Shown here one piece after another: positions 61,863 to 64,000 of a stretch of 64,000 nt of DNA. The DNA is from an uncultured Gemmatimonadaceae bacterium (GTDB lineage Bacteria > Gemmatimonadota > Gemmatimonadetes > Gemmatimonadales > Gemmatimonadaceae). The notes below the pieces were generated by a model. It was given only the letters and a program-made list of their open reading frames with translations. It did not search any database and was not told the origin of the DNA. The position numbers and the translations under genes were made by a program. The stretch spans positions 32,001 to 96,000 of the forward strand of contig CAWAGQ010000008.1 in NCBI GenBank assembly GCA_963781585.1, in the 5' to 3' direction. Position 1 is the stretch's first letter. Each line of letters starts with the position of its first letter.

Positions 61863-64000
61863 ATGTCCGCCCACTCGGTCCGCCCGGCCGTCCCCTCCGC
61901 CCTCCGCGCCCTCGCCTGGTCGGCATTCGCTCTCGTCGCGTTCAGCACGCGCGTCCCTGCGCAGCAGACGAACGGCCGCGCCTACACCATCGACGACAAC
62001 CTCAACCTGCGATCGGTGCGCATCGAGGACGTCAGCAGCGACGGCCGGTGGGTGGCCATCACGGTGCGCGTGCGACGCGACGCGCTCGGCGTGGACAACG
62101 CCCGCTTCGGCGACCCGACCTACGTCACGCCGTCGATCGCCGAGTTCCAGTTGATCGACGCGACCACCGGGCAGGCGCGCGCGATCCTCCCCGGCAAGGT
62201 GCAGGTGCGCGGCGCGACATTCACGAAGGACGGGAGCAAGCTCGCCTTCTACCTCATGAAGGGCGACGACTGGGTGCTCGAGGTGACCGACGTCGCGGCC
62301 AACCGCACCCGGGCGATCGCCGTCCGTACCACGAAGCAGATCGCATCCAGCGCGCCGCTCGAGTGGGCACCCGACGGCAACTCGATGCTGATTACGCTCC
62401 GCCCCGACGGCTGGGCAGCCGAGGCGCGCGCGGCATTCCTGCACCTGACCGAAGGACCGATCGTCGTGCAGGACGCGAAGGAACCGTTCCTCTCCTGGGA
62501 CGCGGTGCGCAACCTCGGCGACCGGCAGATTCCGGCCATCGTCACCCTGGGCGACGGCGCCGTGCGCGAGATCCTGCCCGAGACGCCGATCCGCGGCGCG
62601 CAATTCTCCACGGACGGCTCGTACCTCGCCTACTCCACCGCCGAACCGAAGAAGACGTCGTACGACAACAACTCGGGAACGGCCTACGGCGTCTTCAAGC
62701 TCGCGCTCGCCGCCGGCGCACGGCCCGACACGCTGGTGAAGCCCGCCCAGCACCGGCTGATGCCGCGATGGAACGACAGCGCGACCGCGTTCGCCTGGGC
62801 CGACAAGGGCAACGTATTCGTCCGCTGGCTGGGCGCCGACAGCGCCCGAAACCTCACGGCGAAGTACCGGAAGGCGGAGCCGAAGACCGACACCGCGGGG
62901 ACCGACGCCGCGAAGACCGACAGCGCGAAGACCGACACCACCAGGACACCGTACTCGCTGGTCAGCTGGCGGCCCGACGGTGGCGCACTGCTCGTGAGCG
63001 CGAAGGACGGCTACCACCTCCTCGACGCGCGCACGGATTCGATGACGCTCGTCTATCCGTTCGAGGCCGACACGGCCACCCGGCCCACACGCGGTTTCGC
63101 CGGATGGAGCCGCGACGGGCGCTACCTGTTCGTCTCCCGTTCGGCGAAGGACCGCTGGGCGCGCGGACTCGAGCGCTACGACCTCACTACTCGGCAGGCG
63201 ACCGACCTCGCGATCGACACCAATCTCTACTCCAGCTGGCACGTGTCCGACGACGGATCGCGCTTCGTGTTCGAGCGGTCCGACGGCGACCGTCCGAACG
63301 AGGTGTACACAGCCGGCCGTGACCTCGCCGACGCGCACGCGATCACGAGGCTTAACCCGCAGCTCGACGGCGTGGCGCTCACGCACTCGCAGCTGGTGAG
63401 CTATCGCGACGCGGACGGGAAGAAGCTCTACGGCGTGCTGTACTATCCGTACGGCTACCAGCCCGGAACGAAGTACCCGCTCGTCGCGGAGATCTACGAG
63501 ACATTCTTCGACAACGGATTCAACGAGAACATGAACCTGCTCGCCGCGCGCGGGTGGTTCGTGTTCCACCCGTCGGTGGACCTGCAGATTGGCTACCCCG
63601 GCGAGGCGTGGGTAAAGGGCGTGACCGACGCGATCAACACGCTCGAGGACCGTGGCCTGGTGGACGGCACCAGGCTTGGCGTCGAGGGGACGAGCTACGG
63701 CGGGTACGCCACCAACCTGCTCATCACGCAGACCGACCGGTTCGCCGCCGCGGTGAACATCTCCGGTAAGGTGAACATCATCTCCTTCCTCGGCGACAGC
63801 CCGAAGATCGGGACGCGCAACTACAGCGCCGCGGAGAACGGGCAGGACCGCATCGGCGCGACGCTGTGGGAGGCGCCGCTCAAGTACATCCAGCACTCGG
63901 CCGTCATGTTCGCCGACCGCATCCACACGCCGCTGCTCATGCTCACCGGCAAGCAGGACTGGAACGTGCCGGACACCAACGAGCGCGAGATGTACTACGC
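61863..64000 (+). CDS. S9 family peptidase (runs off window end)
   Basis: Manual translation from ATG 61863: signal peptide, propeller, KYPLV, GTSYGG and DWNVP; KTDxA pentapeptide repeats at ~62880-62945. Confidence 0.88.
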   Translation, partial: MSAHSVRPAVPSALRALAWSAFALVAFSTRVPAQQTNGRAYTIDDNLNLRSVRIEDVSSDGRWVAITVRVRRDALGVDNARFGDPTYVTPSIAEFQLIDATTGQARAILPGKVQVRGATFTKDGSKLAFYLMKGDDWVLEVTDVAANRTRAIAVRTTKQIASSAPLEWAPDGNSMLITLRPDGWAAEARAAFLHLTEGPIVVQDAKEPFLSWDAVRNLGDRQIPAIVTLGDGAVREILPETPIRGAQFSTDGSYLAYSTAEPKKTSYDNNSGTAYGVFKLALAAGARPDTLVKPAQHRLMPRWNDSATAFAWADKGNVFVRWLGADSARNLTAKYRKAEPKTDTAGTDAAKTDSAKTDTTRTPYSLVSWRPDGGALLVSAKDGYHLLDARTDSMTLVYPFEADTATRPTRGFAGWSRDGRYLFVSRSAKDRWARGLERYDLTTRQATDLAIDTNLYSSWHVSDDGSRFVFERSDGDRPNEVYTAGRDLADAHAITRLNPQLDGVALTHSQLVSYRDADGKKLYGVLYYPYGYQPGTKYPLVAEIYETFFDNGFNENMNLLAARGWFVFHPSVDLQIGYPGEAWVKGVTDAINTLEDRGLVDGTRLGVEGTSYGGYATNLLITQTDRFAAAVNISGKVNIISFLGDSPKIGTRNYSAAENGQDRIGATLWEAPLKYIQHSAVMFADRIHTPLLMLTGKQDWNVPDTNEREMYY

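Noticed and set aside
61746..63926. 726-aa minus-strand ORF and similar long shadow ORFs (e.g. 18255-20354, 29535-31409)
   Set aside because: These are antisense shadows of real genes in high-GC DNA and carry no recognisable motifs.

Overview
GC-rich bacterial chromosome segment, probably Gemmatimonadota (inferred from the gene repertoire: Ser/Thr kinase-PD40 fusion, duplicated MacB-type permease, many secreted S9/M14/M20 peptidases). Bases 1-44 kb and 60.4-64 kb are mostly secreted hydrolases, amidohydrolases and amino-acid permeases. Bases ~44.8-60.4 kb are an accessory, defence-like island with three toxin-antitoxin pairs, an orphan GHKL ATPase, a Fic gene split by an IS21 element, an HNH nuclease with a nonsense codon, a HARE-HTH/GIY-YIG protein and a retron. 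The retron has an msr/msd ncRNA with a1/a2 inverted repeats and an RT fused to a trypsin-like protease (type XI-like). Its RT active site reads YAEH instead of YADD, and its protease is broken by two compensating frameshifts. Degenerate attC-like motifs follow several island genes. Separately, the octamer CGTTAGGC/GCCTAACG, which contains the integron core site GTTAGGC, is strongly over-represented across the native genes. No rRNA, tRNA or CRISPR array was recognised.
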